This document shows, piece by piece, positions 16,612-25,406 of a DNA stretch of 51,112 bases. Position 1 is the stretch's first letter. Each line of letters starts with the position of its first letter. The notes beneath the pieces were generated by a model that was given only the letters and a program-made list of their open reading frames with translations, was not told the DNA's origin and made no database searches. Source of the DNA: an archaeon (GTDB lineage: Archaea > Iainarchaeota > Iainarchaeia > Iainarchaeales > JAAZKV01); NCBI GenBank assembly GCA_038046585.1, contig JBBSVX010000016.1:1-51112 (forward strand), in the 5' to 3' direction. A program made the translations under genes and the position numbers.

Positions 16612-17804
16612 TATGCGAATTCTACGCCAAGGTCAACACTGTCGCCGCCTTTAGCTCCTTTTTCAAGGTAAGGGAATCTCCCACCAGCAATTACTACCAT
16701 TGCTTGGATGTGGTTCTTCGCCATCTTTTCGTCTACCATCGCACCCCAAATGATGTGGCTTGCGCTGTGGATTTTTGTTGAAACTGTTTCAACAATCATT
16801 TCTGCTTCTCTTAGTGTCATGTCAGTTCCGCCGACAACATTTACTAATGCTTTGTTTGCGTTTGAAATGTCAACGTCAAGGAGCGGTGAAGTCAAAGCAT
16901 TTTCTACTGCTTCAAGGGCCCTCGCTTCTGAGCTTTCGCCTCTTGATGATTCTCCAAGGCCAATCATTGCTGCTCCGCCTCTTGAAAGAATTGTTCGTAA
17001 ATCCGCGAAATCAAGGTTAATCAGACCTGGCTTTGTAACCATTTCAGTTATTCCTTTTACTGCATTAGTCAATACTTCATCAGCTACTTTGAATGCCGCA
17101 TTAATTGGCAAGTCAGGAGCGATTTCAAGTATCTTGTCGTTTGGTATTACAATTATTGTATCAGTGTGCTCTTGAAGTCTTTCAAGACCGTAGAGAGCGT
17201 TCTCCATTCTTTTCTTTCCTTCAACTGTGAAAGGCAAAGTTACTACGGCAACTGTGAGTGCTTTTAGTCCCTTAGCCATTTCTGCAACTACCGGAGCCGA
17301 ACCTGTTCCTGTTCCGCCCCCAAGTCCGCAAGTGATGAAAACTAAATCAGATTGTTTTAGAACTTCGGTTAATTCTTCGCCACTTTCTCTTGCAGCTGAT
17401 TCTCCTATCTGCGGGTCGCTTCCTGCTCCAAGTCCTCTTGTAAGTTTTTTTCCTATCAAGAGTTTCTTGTCGGATCTTGTTGTAAGCAAATCTTGTGCAT
17501 CAGTGTTTACTGCGAAAGTTGCCGCGCCTTGTATTCCTATTTCGGCCATTCTTTCTATTGTGTTGCATCCGCCTCCTCCGCAGCCTACAACCATTATTTT
17601 TGCCTGATTATTTTCAAGCATTTCGATTAAGTCATTATCAGAATGAGTTACTTTTCTGTTCGATGTTTGCTTCTTGTTTTTTTCAGCTTTTACTGCGACA
17701 TGTTTTGTCGATTTTGATTTTATTCCGCCAAAACCTATTTTTGGCTTCATTGTTTTTAATTCAGACTGTGCTCTTGCGATTGCATTTCTAACAATATGAT
17801 CCAT
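16611..17804 (-). CDS. ftsZ: cell division GTPase FtsZ
   Basis: VVGCGGGGCNTI, the tubulin signature GLGAGSDPQIG and GLGGGTGTGSAPVVA. The N-terminal extension is about 70 aa. I chose the ATG at 17804 because GGGTG lies upstream. Confidence 0.95.
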   Translation of the reverse strand: MDHIVRNAIARAQSELKTMKPKIGFGGIKSKSTKHVAVKAEKNKKQTSNRKVTHSDNDLIEMLENNQAKIMVVGCGGGGCNTIERMAEIGIQGAATFAVNTDAQDLLTTRSDKKLLIGKKLTRGLGAGSDPQIGESAARESGEELTEVLKQSDLVFITCGLGGGTGTGSAPVVAEMAKGLKALTVAVVTLPFTVEGKKRMENALYGLERLQEHTDTIIVIPNDKILEIAPDLPINAAFKVADEVLTNAVKGITEMVTKPGLINLDFADLRTILSRGGAAMIGLGESSRGESSEARALEAVENALTSPLLDVDISNANKALVNVVGGTDMTLREAEMIVETVSTKIHSASHIIWGAMVDEKMAKNHIQAMVVIAGGRFPYLEKGAKGGDSVDLGVEFA

Positions 17805-17946
17805 TTCATCCACCCGTAAAAAAATTCAGTTAAAACAATTCCACCCCCAAACCTATTTAAAGGTAATTACAGGTTCTTGCAGTTAAAAGCGTCCAAGTTA
17901 ACGAGCAAAAAGGAAATTGGGGCAATGCAGGAGTTTGAACTTGGCA

Positions 17947-18264
17947 TCATGAAAGCGTGACGAATACCAATAGTTGCATCAAAAAAGATATCATTGCTAT
18001 GATTGCAAGTACTACGCCGACAAAAAGAGCCTTTTGATTCCCCGAATGTAACGCGAAAATAGTTCTCAAGAATAAAAGTATCTCTAAAAGAACTGAAAAA
18101 ATCATCAGCATGGTTGCGTTGAACATTGAAATGCTTGTTACCCCACTCACAGTTGCTACATAAGTACTAAACCACGGCCCAAGTATTGCCATCGCACCAA
18201 GAACTATGACTACTAATAGAGGCCTATTGCCCAATAATCCCTTTTTTTGTTCCAAAACAACCAT
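17947..18264 (-). CDS. small membrane protein (about 3 TM segments), unknown function
   Basis: Hydrophobic ORF directly upstream of ftsZ on the same strand. First ATG at 18264 (the ORF track starts at TTG 18282). Confidence 0.45.
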   Translation of the reverse strand: MVVLEQKKGLLGNRPLLVVIVLGAMAILGPWFSTYVATVSGVTSISMFNATMLMIFSVLLEILLFLRTIFALHSGNQKALFVGVVLAIIAMISFLMQLLVFVTLS

Positions 18265-18491
18265 TTCCCAATAATCAATCAAACTGTTCTTTTTGCCTTA
18301 AGTAGATATAAAGTAGTATTTAAGGGTTGTTTTTTGAGAAGTCCGCCCCAAGCGCCCCCAAAATCTTTTTTGAAGAAAAAAGCAGGGATATTTATACCTT
18401 TAAAAGGGGGTTTATAAAGGCTTTGGACGTGAAAATACTTAATAATTTAGTAAAATCGGTCTTTCAAAAAGGCCTTTTGGGGTGTTAAAGG

Positions 18492-19052
18492 ATGAAATAC
18501 ACTATCGTGAACATGGTTGCTGCCGCATCTTTGGATCAGATGCTTGACCTCTATTCTTTGGCAGTAGGCATACCAAATATCGAGTATGAACCTGAACAAT
18601 TTCCCGGAGCGATACTTAAAATAAAGGAACCAAAAGTATCAATGCTTCTTTTCAAGAACGGCAAAATAATCTGCTCAGGAGCAAACTCCGAAGAACAGAT
18701 AGCACAAGGAATAAGGAAGGCAAACAAGCTCATCCACGACGTGCAAAAAGAAGTTAAGATTAAGAGAAAAGTTGATTTTGAAATAGTTAATTTCGTTGCT
18801 ACAGCATCGCTTGACATGAACCTCGATTTGTTCGATGTTGCGATGAACCTAGACAACGTTGAATACGAACCGGAACAATTTCCCGGAGCAATACTAAGAC
18901 TTGATGAGCCAAAGCTCACTTTCCTCCTATTCAAGAATGGAAAGATGATCTGCGCAGGAGCAAAAAAAGAAGCTCACTTAAAGCAGGGACTCAAAATCGT
19001 TGAAGAAATGGTTTCGAAGAAAAACAAGAAAAAAAAGAAAATGGTTGAATAA
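18492..19052 (+). CDS. tbp: TATA-box binding protein
   Basis: Two direct repeats (IVNMVAAASLDQMLDL...YEPEQFPGAILKI and IVNFVATASLDMNLDL...YEPEQFPGAILRL). GGGGTG lies upstream of the ATG. Confidence 0.95.
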   Translation: MKYTIVNMVAAASLDQMLDLYSLAVGIPNIEYEPEQFPGAILKIKEPKVSMLLFKNGKIICSGANSEEQIAQGIRKANKLIHDVQKEVKIKRKVDFEIVNFVATASLDMNLDLFDVAMNLDNVEYEPEQFPGAILRLDEPKLTFLLFKNGKMICAGAKKEAHLKQGLKIVEEMVSKKNKKKKKMVE

Positions 19053-19134
19053 ATCAACCATTTTTAGTATTTTTTATTCAACATTCGGGCTTGTAGCCCC
19101 TATTTAAGCCAAAAACAAGGGCGTCGGCACAAGC

Positions 19135-19141
19135 TTTATAA
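19135..19141 (+). promoter_or_regulatory. TATA box of the 5S rRNA gene
   Basis: TTTATAA lies about 25-30 nt upstream of the predicted 5S 5' end. Confidence 0.5.
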
Positions 19142-19164
19142 ACCTAGCATGGCGCAATATATTT

Positions 19165-19279
19165 GAAGGCGGCCAAACCGTGAGGGAAACACCCGGACCC
19201 ATTCCGAACCCGGAAGTTAAGACTCATAGGGATTGGCTTGGCACTGCTTTGTTAAGTGGAGCCTACCAGAAGCTGCCTT
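19165..19279 (+). rRNA. rrf: 5S ribosomal RNA (orphan, not linked to 16S/23S in this window)
   Basis: The conserved core CACCCGGACCCAUUCCGAACCCGGAAGUUAAG is present. The terminal helix GAAGGCGGC / GCUGCCUUC closes the molecule, and a T-tract follows. The ends are approximate. Confidence 0.85.
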
Positions 19280-19446
19280 CACTGAATTTTATCGATTGTC
19301 AAAAAGTCTTTTTCTACAAAAAAATCTTAAAATGTGTTTTAAAAAATTATTTTATCAAAAAAAATGTTTGAAATGAAGTGATATTCATCTATCCCGCGCT
19401 GCAAAGCTATTTAAACTTGACAAATATATTCTAAGAAGGTGATAAC

Positions 19447-19665
19447 ATGCCGTTTAAGATAATACAAAAACATGAAGATTGCATCGGTTGCGGAGCATGC
19501 GTGGCCATTGCACCGGTTGATTGGAAGATGGATGGCGACAAAGCAACACTAATAGGCTCAAAAAAAGAAGGCGGGCTCTTAGTAAAAATAGTTAATGAAG
19601 TTGGATCGAACAAGGACGCGGAAAGCGCTTGCCCTGTTAGGTGCATCAAAGTTGAGAAGGTCTAA
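19447..19665 (+). CDS. small single-cluster ferredoxin
   Basis: 72 aa with CIGCGAC...CP (CxxCxxC plus a distal CP). AAGGTGA RBS and a TATTTAAAC box upstream. Confidence 0.8.
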   Translation: MPFKIIQKHEDCIGCGACVAIAPVDWKMDGDKATLIGSKKEGGLLVKIVNEVGSNKDAESACPVRCIKVEKV

Positions 19666-19746
19666 AATCCTTCTCCGGCAAAATCTTTTTCTAAAAAAAT
19701 CAAAACGCAAATTTAAAAGCACTTCAAACAATAAAGTTGAATAGAA

Positions 19747-21279
19747 ATGAAACAGTTAGATCCTATTTCTGAAAAGAAAATCTATGAACTTCCAAGTGGG
19801 ACAGCGCAGGCGCAGCAGGAAATCTCCTCGGAGAATTCTGAAAACAAGAAAGTAAAACTTGAGCCAAAGAAAAAAAGGCAAAGGCAAAATATCACGCGAA
19901 AATATTTGCGAGCAAGATGGAAACATTTTTTGAGCCAGGACAGCAAAGGCGAACTTTTGATCGAGGGAATACCAATCACCCAAATTGTAAAAAAATACAG
20001 TTCTCCTCTTTATGTGATAATTGAAGAAGAAATACGCGAAAAATGCAGAAAGTTTCTCAATGGATTTGACTATCCGCTACTTCGACCACAATATGCTTGC
20101 AAGTGCAATTCAAATCTCGAAGTATTGAGGATAATTCGAGAAGAAGGATTTGACTTTGATGCGAGCAGCGTCGGGGAGATAATCTTAGGTCTCCTTGCAG
20201 ATTTTGAGCCAAGCCAAGTGACTTTCACAAACCTTTACAAAACAGAAAAGGATATTCTATTCGCTCTCACTGTCGGAGTGAAATCAATCACCATCGATTC
20301 TATGGAAGAACTTGATGAAGCGATTAATGCCGCCCACCGCGCAAAAAAAGAATGCCCAATTTTACTCAGAGTAAACCCAATGATAAGCGAAGGAAAGTTT
20401 ACTACAAAAAAACAGCAATACGGAATACACTATAATGACGCAAAAAAAGCAGTACTCAAAGTGAAAAGCGAGCCGCTCATAAAGCTAAAGGGATTTCACT
20501 TCCACGGATCATATGCGCATAATTTCAGAGGATACTTTTTGGCAGCAGAAAAACTCATGAGACTCATGGTCTTTGCAAGAGAAGAAGGGCTCCACCCTGA
20601 TACAATAGATCTTGGAGGAGGGTTCCCTGTAGAAGCACCTGAAGTTTATCGCCCGGGAAAATATTTTACCCCTAAAGAATTCGGAGACAAATTTATCCCT
20701 TACTTTAAAAGACTCTGCGAAAGAAACGAAATACCCCTACCAATTTTAATTTTTGAGCCGGGTAAATCCATTGTTGCAAATTCAGGAATTGGAATTATTA
20801 GCGTTGTTAGCAACAAAAAGCGCGAAAAAAAAGAAATAGTTGTGACTGATGGTTCCTGCTATTCTATGTTTCCTGATGTTTTAGTATCGCACTGCGATTA
20901 TGAAATGCTCCCAGCGACAAAAATGAGGACAAAAAGCACTTACAAATACGATATTTCCGGAAGCACTTGTGATTGCATTGATGTTATTGCTACTTGCCAA
21001 AAGATGCCAAAACTTACAAAGGGCGATCTGATTGCAGTAATGGATTGCGGAGCATACAGTTTTGTCATGGGCTCAAACTTCAATAATCTAAAGCTCGCCC
21101 CTATCACAATGATAAATGCAAAAGGCGAAATAAGGCTTATCAGACGAAGAGACCGTTACACTGAAATCTTCGGCCCCGAACTTGATGTACTCAAAGTTGC
21201 CGGACAAAACGAAATGAAAAGATTCTATGATCTTCTTCGAAGAAACTATGAAGGAACAAAGAGCGCAGGCACGCAATAG
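19747..21279 (+). CDS. PLP-dependent fold-type III decarboxylase (Orn/DAP/Arg decarboxylase family) with a basic ~65-aa N-terminal extension
   Basis: YACKCNSNLEVLRIIREEGFDFDASSVGEI (the PLP-Lys region), HFHGS, GGGFPV, EPGKSIVANSG and SGSTCDCIDV. Substrate is not assignable from sequence alone. Confidence 0.8.
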   Translation: MKQLDPISEKKIYELPSGTAQAQQEISSENSENKKVKLEPKKKRQRQNITRKYLRARWKHFLSQDSKGELLIEGIPITQIVKKYSSPLYVIIEEEIREKCRKFLNGFDYPLLRPQYACKCNSNLEVLRIIREEGFDFDASSVGEIILGLLADFEPSQVTFTNLYKTEKDILFALTVGVKSITIDSMEELDEAINAAHRAKKECPILLRVNPMISEGKFTTKKQQYGIHYNDAKKAVLKVKSEPLIKLKGFHFHGSYAHNFRGYFLAAEKLMRLMVFAREEGLHPDTIDLGGGFPVEAPEVYRPGKYFTPKEFGDKFIPYFKRLCERNEIPLPILIFEPGKSIVANSGIGIISVVSNKKREKKEIVVTDGSCYSMFPDVLVSHCDYEMLPATKMRTKSTYKYDISGSTCDCIDVIATCQKMPKLTKGDLIAVMDCGAYSFVMGSNFNNLKLAPITMINAKGEIRLIRRRDRYTEIFGPELDVLKVAGQNEMKRFYDLLRRNYEGTKSAGTQ

Positions 21280-21326
21280 TAAATTGAACCAATTCATTTA
21301 AATTAAAAAACAACCAATCCTTTTCT

Positions 21327-22250
21327 ATGAAAATTCTTGTAACCGGCGGATGCGGATTCATTGGAAGCCACATCATAGATGAACTGGTAAAAAACAAGCA
21401 TGACGTCGTTGTCTTAGACAACCTTAGCACTGGAAGCAAAAAATATCTAAACCCAAAAGCAAAATTCTATGAAGCTGATATTCGCGAGGACATTTCGGAC
21501 ATTTTCCTTAAAGAAAAGCCAGAAATTGTAATCCATACTGCGGCGCAGGTAATGCTTCGAAAATCCATTGAAGAGCCGATTGAGGACGCAAAAATCAACA
21601 TATTTGGGACAATTAATGTTCTTGAAGCTTGCAAAAAAAGTAAAGTAAGAAAAATTATTTACACTTCCACCGGCGGAGCAAGATACGGCGAACCAAAGTA
21701 TTTGCCGGTAGATGAAAATCACCCTATCCACCCACTTTCCCCGTATGGAATCTCAAAGCACACTGCCGAGCATTATATCGAATCTTACAGCAACCTTTAC
21801 GGAATTGAATACTTAATTGTCGGATTTGGAAATGTTTACGGACCAAGAGATGACCCCGCATTCAAAAGAGTTATTTGCCTTTTTGCGATGCAAATATTGA
21901 ATGGAGAAACGCCTAAAATATTTGGAGATGGAGAGCAAGTGAGAGATTTTATTTTTGTCAAAGATATCGCGGACTTTATTGCAAGTTGCATTGATAAAAA
22001 ACCCGAACACAAATTATTCAATCTTGCAAACGGGGAGAAAGTCACAGTTAACCAAATCTATTCAATGCTTAAGGAAGTCTCGGGCTTTGCCAAAGACGCC
22101 GAACATATAAATGCAATAAAAGGCGAAGTAAGAGAAATACAACTTGACACCACTCTGGCAAAAAAAGAGCTTGGATGGACCCCAAAAACCAAATTAATAG
22201 ATGGAATTAAAGAAACTTTTGAATGGCTGAAAGAGAATCGAAAAAAATAA
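21327..22250 (+). CDS. NAD-dependent sugar-nucleotide epimerase (GalE-like SDR)
   Basis: MKILVTGGCGFIGSHIIDELV (Rossmann GxxGxxG) and SPYGISKHTAEHY (YxxxK). Confidence 0.85.
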   Translation: MKILVTGGCGFIGSHIIDELVKNKHDVVVLDNLSTGSKKYLNPKAKFYEADIREDISDIFLKEKPEIVIHTAAQVMLRKSIEEPIEDAKINIFGTINVLEACKKSKVRKIIYTSTGGARYGEPKYLPVDENHPIHPLSPYGISKHTAEHYIESYSNLYGIEYLIVGFGNVYGPRDDPAFKRVICLFAMQILNGETPKIFGDGEQVRDFIFVKDIADFIASCIDKKPEHKLFNLANGEKVTVNQIYSMLKEVSGFAKDAEHINAIKGEVREIQLDTTLAKKELGWTPKTKLIDGIKETFEWLKENRKK

Positions 22251-22255
22251 GCAAA

Positions 22256-23095
22256 TTATTTGAAAGACTCAAACGTTTTCTTCATCAGTAGCGCATCTTC
22301 TTCAATAATCGGCGACTCACAAACAATTACCCCTTTGCAGTCAAACCCCGCGAGCGCTTTCATCAGATCCTTATAATTGAAATCTGATTTTTCAAGCGGC
22401 AAGTGTCTTCGCTCACCTTTAGCAGTGTATTCAATTCCTGATACGTGACAGTGGAGATTGTTCAAAAAATCTTTTCCAAGAGCACTTTTTGATTGCTCCA
22501 ATACGTTGCAAAACTCTTTGTAAGTGTTGTACTTTCCGTTGCTCCTTGCGTGCAGGTGTGAAAAATCAATGCAAGGCAAAACATTGTCAAGCTCTGAACA
22601 AAGTTTTAGTAGCTCCTCAAGCGAACCGAACTGCGTTCCTTTACCTGTCGTTTCAGGGCGAATTGTAATTGCAATCTTTTGTTTCTTCATCTCGCCAAGG
22701 ATTATTTCAAATTGTTCCTTAATATCATCAAAAGTTTTCTTTGGAGTTTCCCCCACATAAAACCCAGCGTGGAATGTCATTGATTTTGCCCCCGCTAGCG
22801 CGGCGATTCTTGCTGCATGTATCACTCGTTCCCTTGAAGCATCCATTTTTTCTTTTTCTTCTGCATTAAGGTTGATATAATACTGGCCGTGACAAGTCAG
22901 GTTTACGCCTACATCTAAAGCAGCTTTCTTTACAAGGGGAGCGCTTCTCTCGCTCAAATTAACATTATGAACAAATTCCAGTTCCATCCCGCCTAAACCA
23001 AGCTCCGCTACGCGCTTTATCCCCTCAATAGTAGTTGGATCCTTTGTAGAAAGAGGGATACCTGCCGTTCCGAAATATAATTTGTCAAATGACAT
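22256..23095 (-). CDS. nfo: endonuclease IV-type AP endonuclease (xylose-isomerase-like TIM barrel)
   Basis: CHGQYYINLN, MTFHAGFY, RPETTGKGTQFGSLEELLKL and CIDFSHLHARSNG resemble Nfo metal-binding motifs. Trimmed to the ATG at 23095. Confidence 0.7.
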   Translation of the reverse strand: MSFDKLYFGTAGIPLSTKDPTTIEGIKRVAELGLGGMELEFVHNVNLSERSAPLVKKAALDVGVNLTCHGQYYINLNAEEKEKMDASRERVIHAARIAALAGAKSMTFHAGFYVGETPKKTFDDIKEQFEIILGEMKKQKIAITIRPETTGKGTQFGSLEELLKLCSELDNVLPCIDFSHLHARSNGKYNTYKEFCNVLEQSKSALGKDFLNNLHCHVSGIEYTAKGERRHLPLEKSDFNYKDLMKALAGFDCKGVIVCESPIIEEDALLMKKTFESFK

Positions 23096-25355
23096 GACAA
23101 GATATGAGTTAGGGGGAATAAAAGAGTGTTGGAACAAGGAAAAACTTTTCTTTTTAAATCATTGCTTCCCTAAATCAATCAATCAAATCAATTCAATAAA
23201 AGTGATTATTTTGGAACAAAGCCCCGAAGCACATCAATCACATCACACTCACACAAATTCAAGTGACTTTTTCGCAAATGCTAAAACAAAATTGTGGGAA
23301 AATAGAAAAATAATCATACTTCTAATTGTAATCTTCTTGCTCGCAATGGGCATAAGGGCTCACCTAATGAGATACGAAGGTGACTACCTTTTTGAGCCTG
23401 ATGCTTATTACCACGCAAGAATGATAATGTATTACGTGACAGAAGGATCCGTACCTGCAATTGACTCACACACTTATTACCAATTAGGCGGAATCCCCCC
23501 GCAGCCTTTTTCAGGATACTGGTGGTTTAGCGGAGTGATATATAATTTACTAGCTTTATTTGGAGCCTTTAACAAAGGGCTCTTCACATGGAGCATCAAA
23601 TTCGCGCCAACTATATTTGGTGCACTAATAAGCATCGCAATGTATTTTTTATCAAAAGAAGTGTTCAATAGCAAGAAAGTTGGACTTGTTGCAGCGTTCC
23701 TCGCCGCAGTAACTCCCGCATTCGCTTATAGAACCATGGCTGGAGCGCAAGGAGATAACTCTCTAGGGTTTTTGTGGATGGCAATTGGACTTTACTTTTT
23801 AGTAATGTCGGTTAAGACAAAACATCTAGGTAAAAAAGAAATCATCTATTCGATCGTAGCTGCATTAATGTTCGGAATAATGGCTTGGACTTGGAGAATG
23901 TACTTGCTTGTGCCCATAGTGCTTGTGCTCTACACGATTTTTGCAGCAATAAAGATTGCAAGCGAAATTAAGAATGAAGAGAAATCCTTTTTGAAAAGCC
24001 CAGTAGCTTCTTTTTTAGCAAAGATAATTATCACACTAACAATATTCTCGGTAATTGCATATGCGACAGGAAACAACCCTATCGGAGAAGGAATAGACAA
24101 TCTTGCAAGAACGCTTGACGTAGACTCCACAATTATGCTGATGGCAATAAGTGCAGGGGCCTTGGTTTTCATTACGACGAGCCTATTTGTAGGAAAACTT
24201 TCAGAGGACAACAAGAAGATATTCTCATCACTCGTGGTAGCCGGTCTATATGTAGGGCTTTTGGCGATGACATTCTTGTTCATAACCGAGCCCGATATGT
24301 TTTATAGAGGGGGAGGGAGAGATTCAATAGGCTCAATGGTAGGAGAAGAAAGCGTAGGAAGCAAATTTTTCGGAACAAAATACAACGCACTTATTATACT
24401 GCCCGTTTTAGCATTGATATTTTTGCCCATAATGCTTTATTTCAACAGAAGGGAAGATTCTCACACCCAAATCATATTTTGGTTTTGGACAATAGTTACT
24501 CTATTCATGGCATGGTACAAACTAAAATTCACTTTTGTTTTTGGATTAGGATTAGTTGCTGGCGCAGCAATATTTGCATACCTTGCATTTGAAATGATAA
24601 AAAGATTTGATTTAGGCAAGGGGATCGAGACAAAAACAACAGTTGTAGCATTATTTTTCTTAATGGTTCTTGGAGTCGGATCAGCAGCAATATTCATGCC
24701 AGATTATACTCCTTTTGCAAACTCTGATCCAGCACTCATACAAACAATGGATTGGATCAAATCTAGCACACCGGCAGATGCAAAGTTTTTCAACTGGTGG
24801 AACAATGGACACATGTTTTCGTATGTTACCGAAAGATATTTTTCAACCGATAACAGAAATTACTCGCCCAGAGCGAATCAAGCAATGGCTGAATTTGTAA
24901 CATTAAATGACGTTAATAAAGCATACAGCGTTGCGAAAGATGAAATTGGGGCAGATTACATAATACTCGAAGAAGACATGTTTTTGGCGATGCCGACTTA
25001 TGAGTTCTATGTTCAGGATAAAGTTGATTACAAGGCCGTTCAAAAGTACTATGAAGGGACATACAGGATACTCAGCTGCTACGATACAGGAACCTCAAAG
25101 ATGTGCGATGGATCGCAAATATCCTTCGAACAATTCAACTCGCTGTCAACCGAATGGAAATCCACGCCGGATGACTTCTACAATGGACAATCACCATTAT
25201 ACTACTACCACACGACAGATGAAGTTTACTTATTGAACACTGCAATAAACAACTCAAATCTCGCAAAGGTATGGTTCCACAGCGCTGACACAAACGGCTT
25301 CTACGAAGAAGTATTTGCGGCAAAAGGAATGAAGATATTCAAGATTCTCAAATAA
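23094..25355 (+). CDS. aglB: oligosaccharyltransferase AglB (STT3, GT66)
   Basis: Multi-TM N-domain with LFEPDAYYHARM (EL1 acidic motif) and AGAQGDNSLGF, followed by WWNNGHMFSY at the WWDYG position. The start is uncertain: ATG 23094 overlaps the nfo start, and GTG 23203 or TTG 23212 are alternatives lying just before TM1. Confidence 0.85.
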   Translation: MTRYELGGIKECWNKEKLFFLNHCFPKSINQINSIKVIILEQSPEAHQSHHTHTNSSDFFANAKTKLWENRKIIILLIVIFLLAMGIRAHLMRYEGDYLFEPDAYYHARMIMYYVTEGSVPAIDSHTYYQLGGIPPQPFSGYWWFSGVIYNLLALFGAFNKGLFTWSIKFAPTIFGALISIAMYFLSKEVFNSKKVGLVAAFLAAVTPAFAYRTMAGAQGDNSLGFLWMAIGLYFLVMSVKTKHLGKKEIIYSIVAALMFGIMAWTWRMYLLVPIVLVLYTIFAAIKIASEIKNEEKSFLKSPVASFLAKIIITLTIFSVIAYATGNNPIGEGIDNLARTLDVDSTIMLMAISAGALVFITTSLFVGKLSEDNKKIFSSLVVAGLYVGLLAMTFLFITEPDMFYRGGGRDSIGSMVGEESVGSKFFGTKYNALIILPVLALIFLPIMLYFNRREDSHTQIIFWFWTIVTLFMAWYKLKFTFVFGLGLVAGAAIFAYLAFEMIKRFDLGKGIETKTTVVALFFLMVLGVGSAAIFMPDYTPFANSDPALIQTMDWIKSSTPADAKFFNWWNNGHMFSYVTERYFSTDNRNYSPRANQAMAEFVTLNDVNKAYSVAKDEIGADYIILEEDMFLAMPTYEFYVQDKVDYKAVQKYYEGTYRILSCYDTGTSKMCDGSQISFEQFNSLSTEWKSTPDDFYNGQSPLYYYHTTDEVYLLNTAINNSNLAKVWFHSADTNGFYEEVFAAKGMKIFKILK

Positions 25356-25406
25356 GGCCAAAATCGTACCAACCCTTTTAAAAATAAGAAAAATCTACTA
25401 ATATAT

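Noticed and set aside
16708-17607. Plus-strand ORFs (155, 86 and 126 aa) opposite ftsZ.
   Set aside because: They are antisense shadows of a highly conserved gene, produced by Gly/Ala-rich codons.
19180-19371. A 63-aa ORF (MRETPGPIPNPEVKTHRD...).
   Set aside because: It lies on top of the 5S rRNA gene. The conserved CCGAACCCGGAAGUUAAG core and the closing helix explain the sequence.
19280-19446. A possible C/D-box or other small RNA in the AT-rich spacer after the 5S gene (the AATGAAGTGA element).
   Set aside because: It does not match the RUGAUGA/CUGA box pairs with proper spacing or terminal stem. The spacer is adequately explained by the 5S terminator plus the ferredoxin promoter and RBS.
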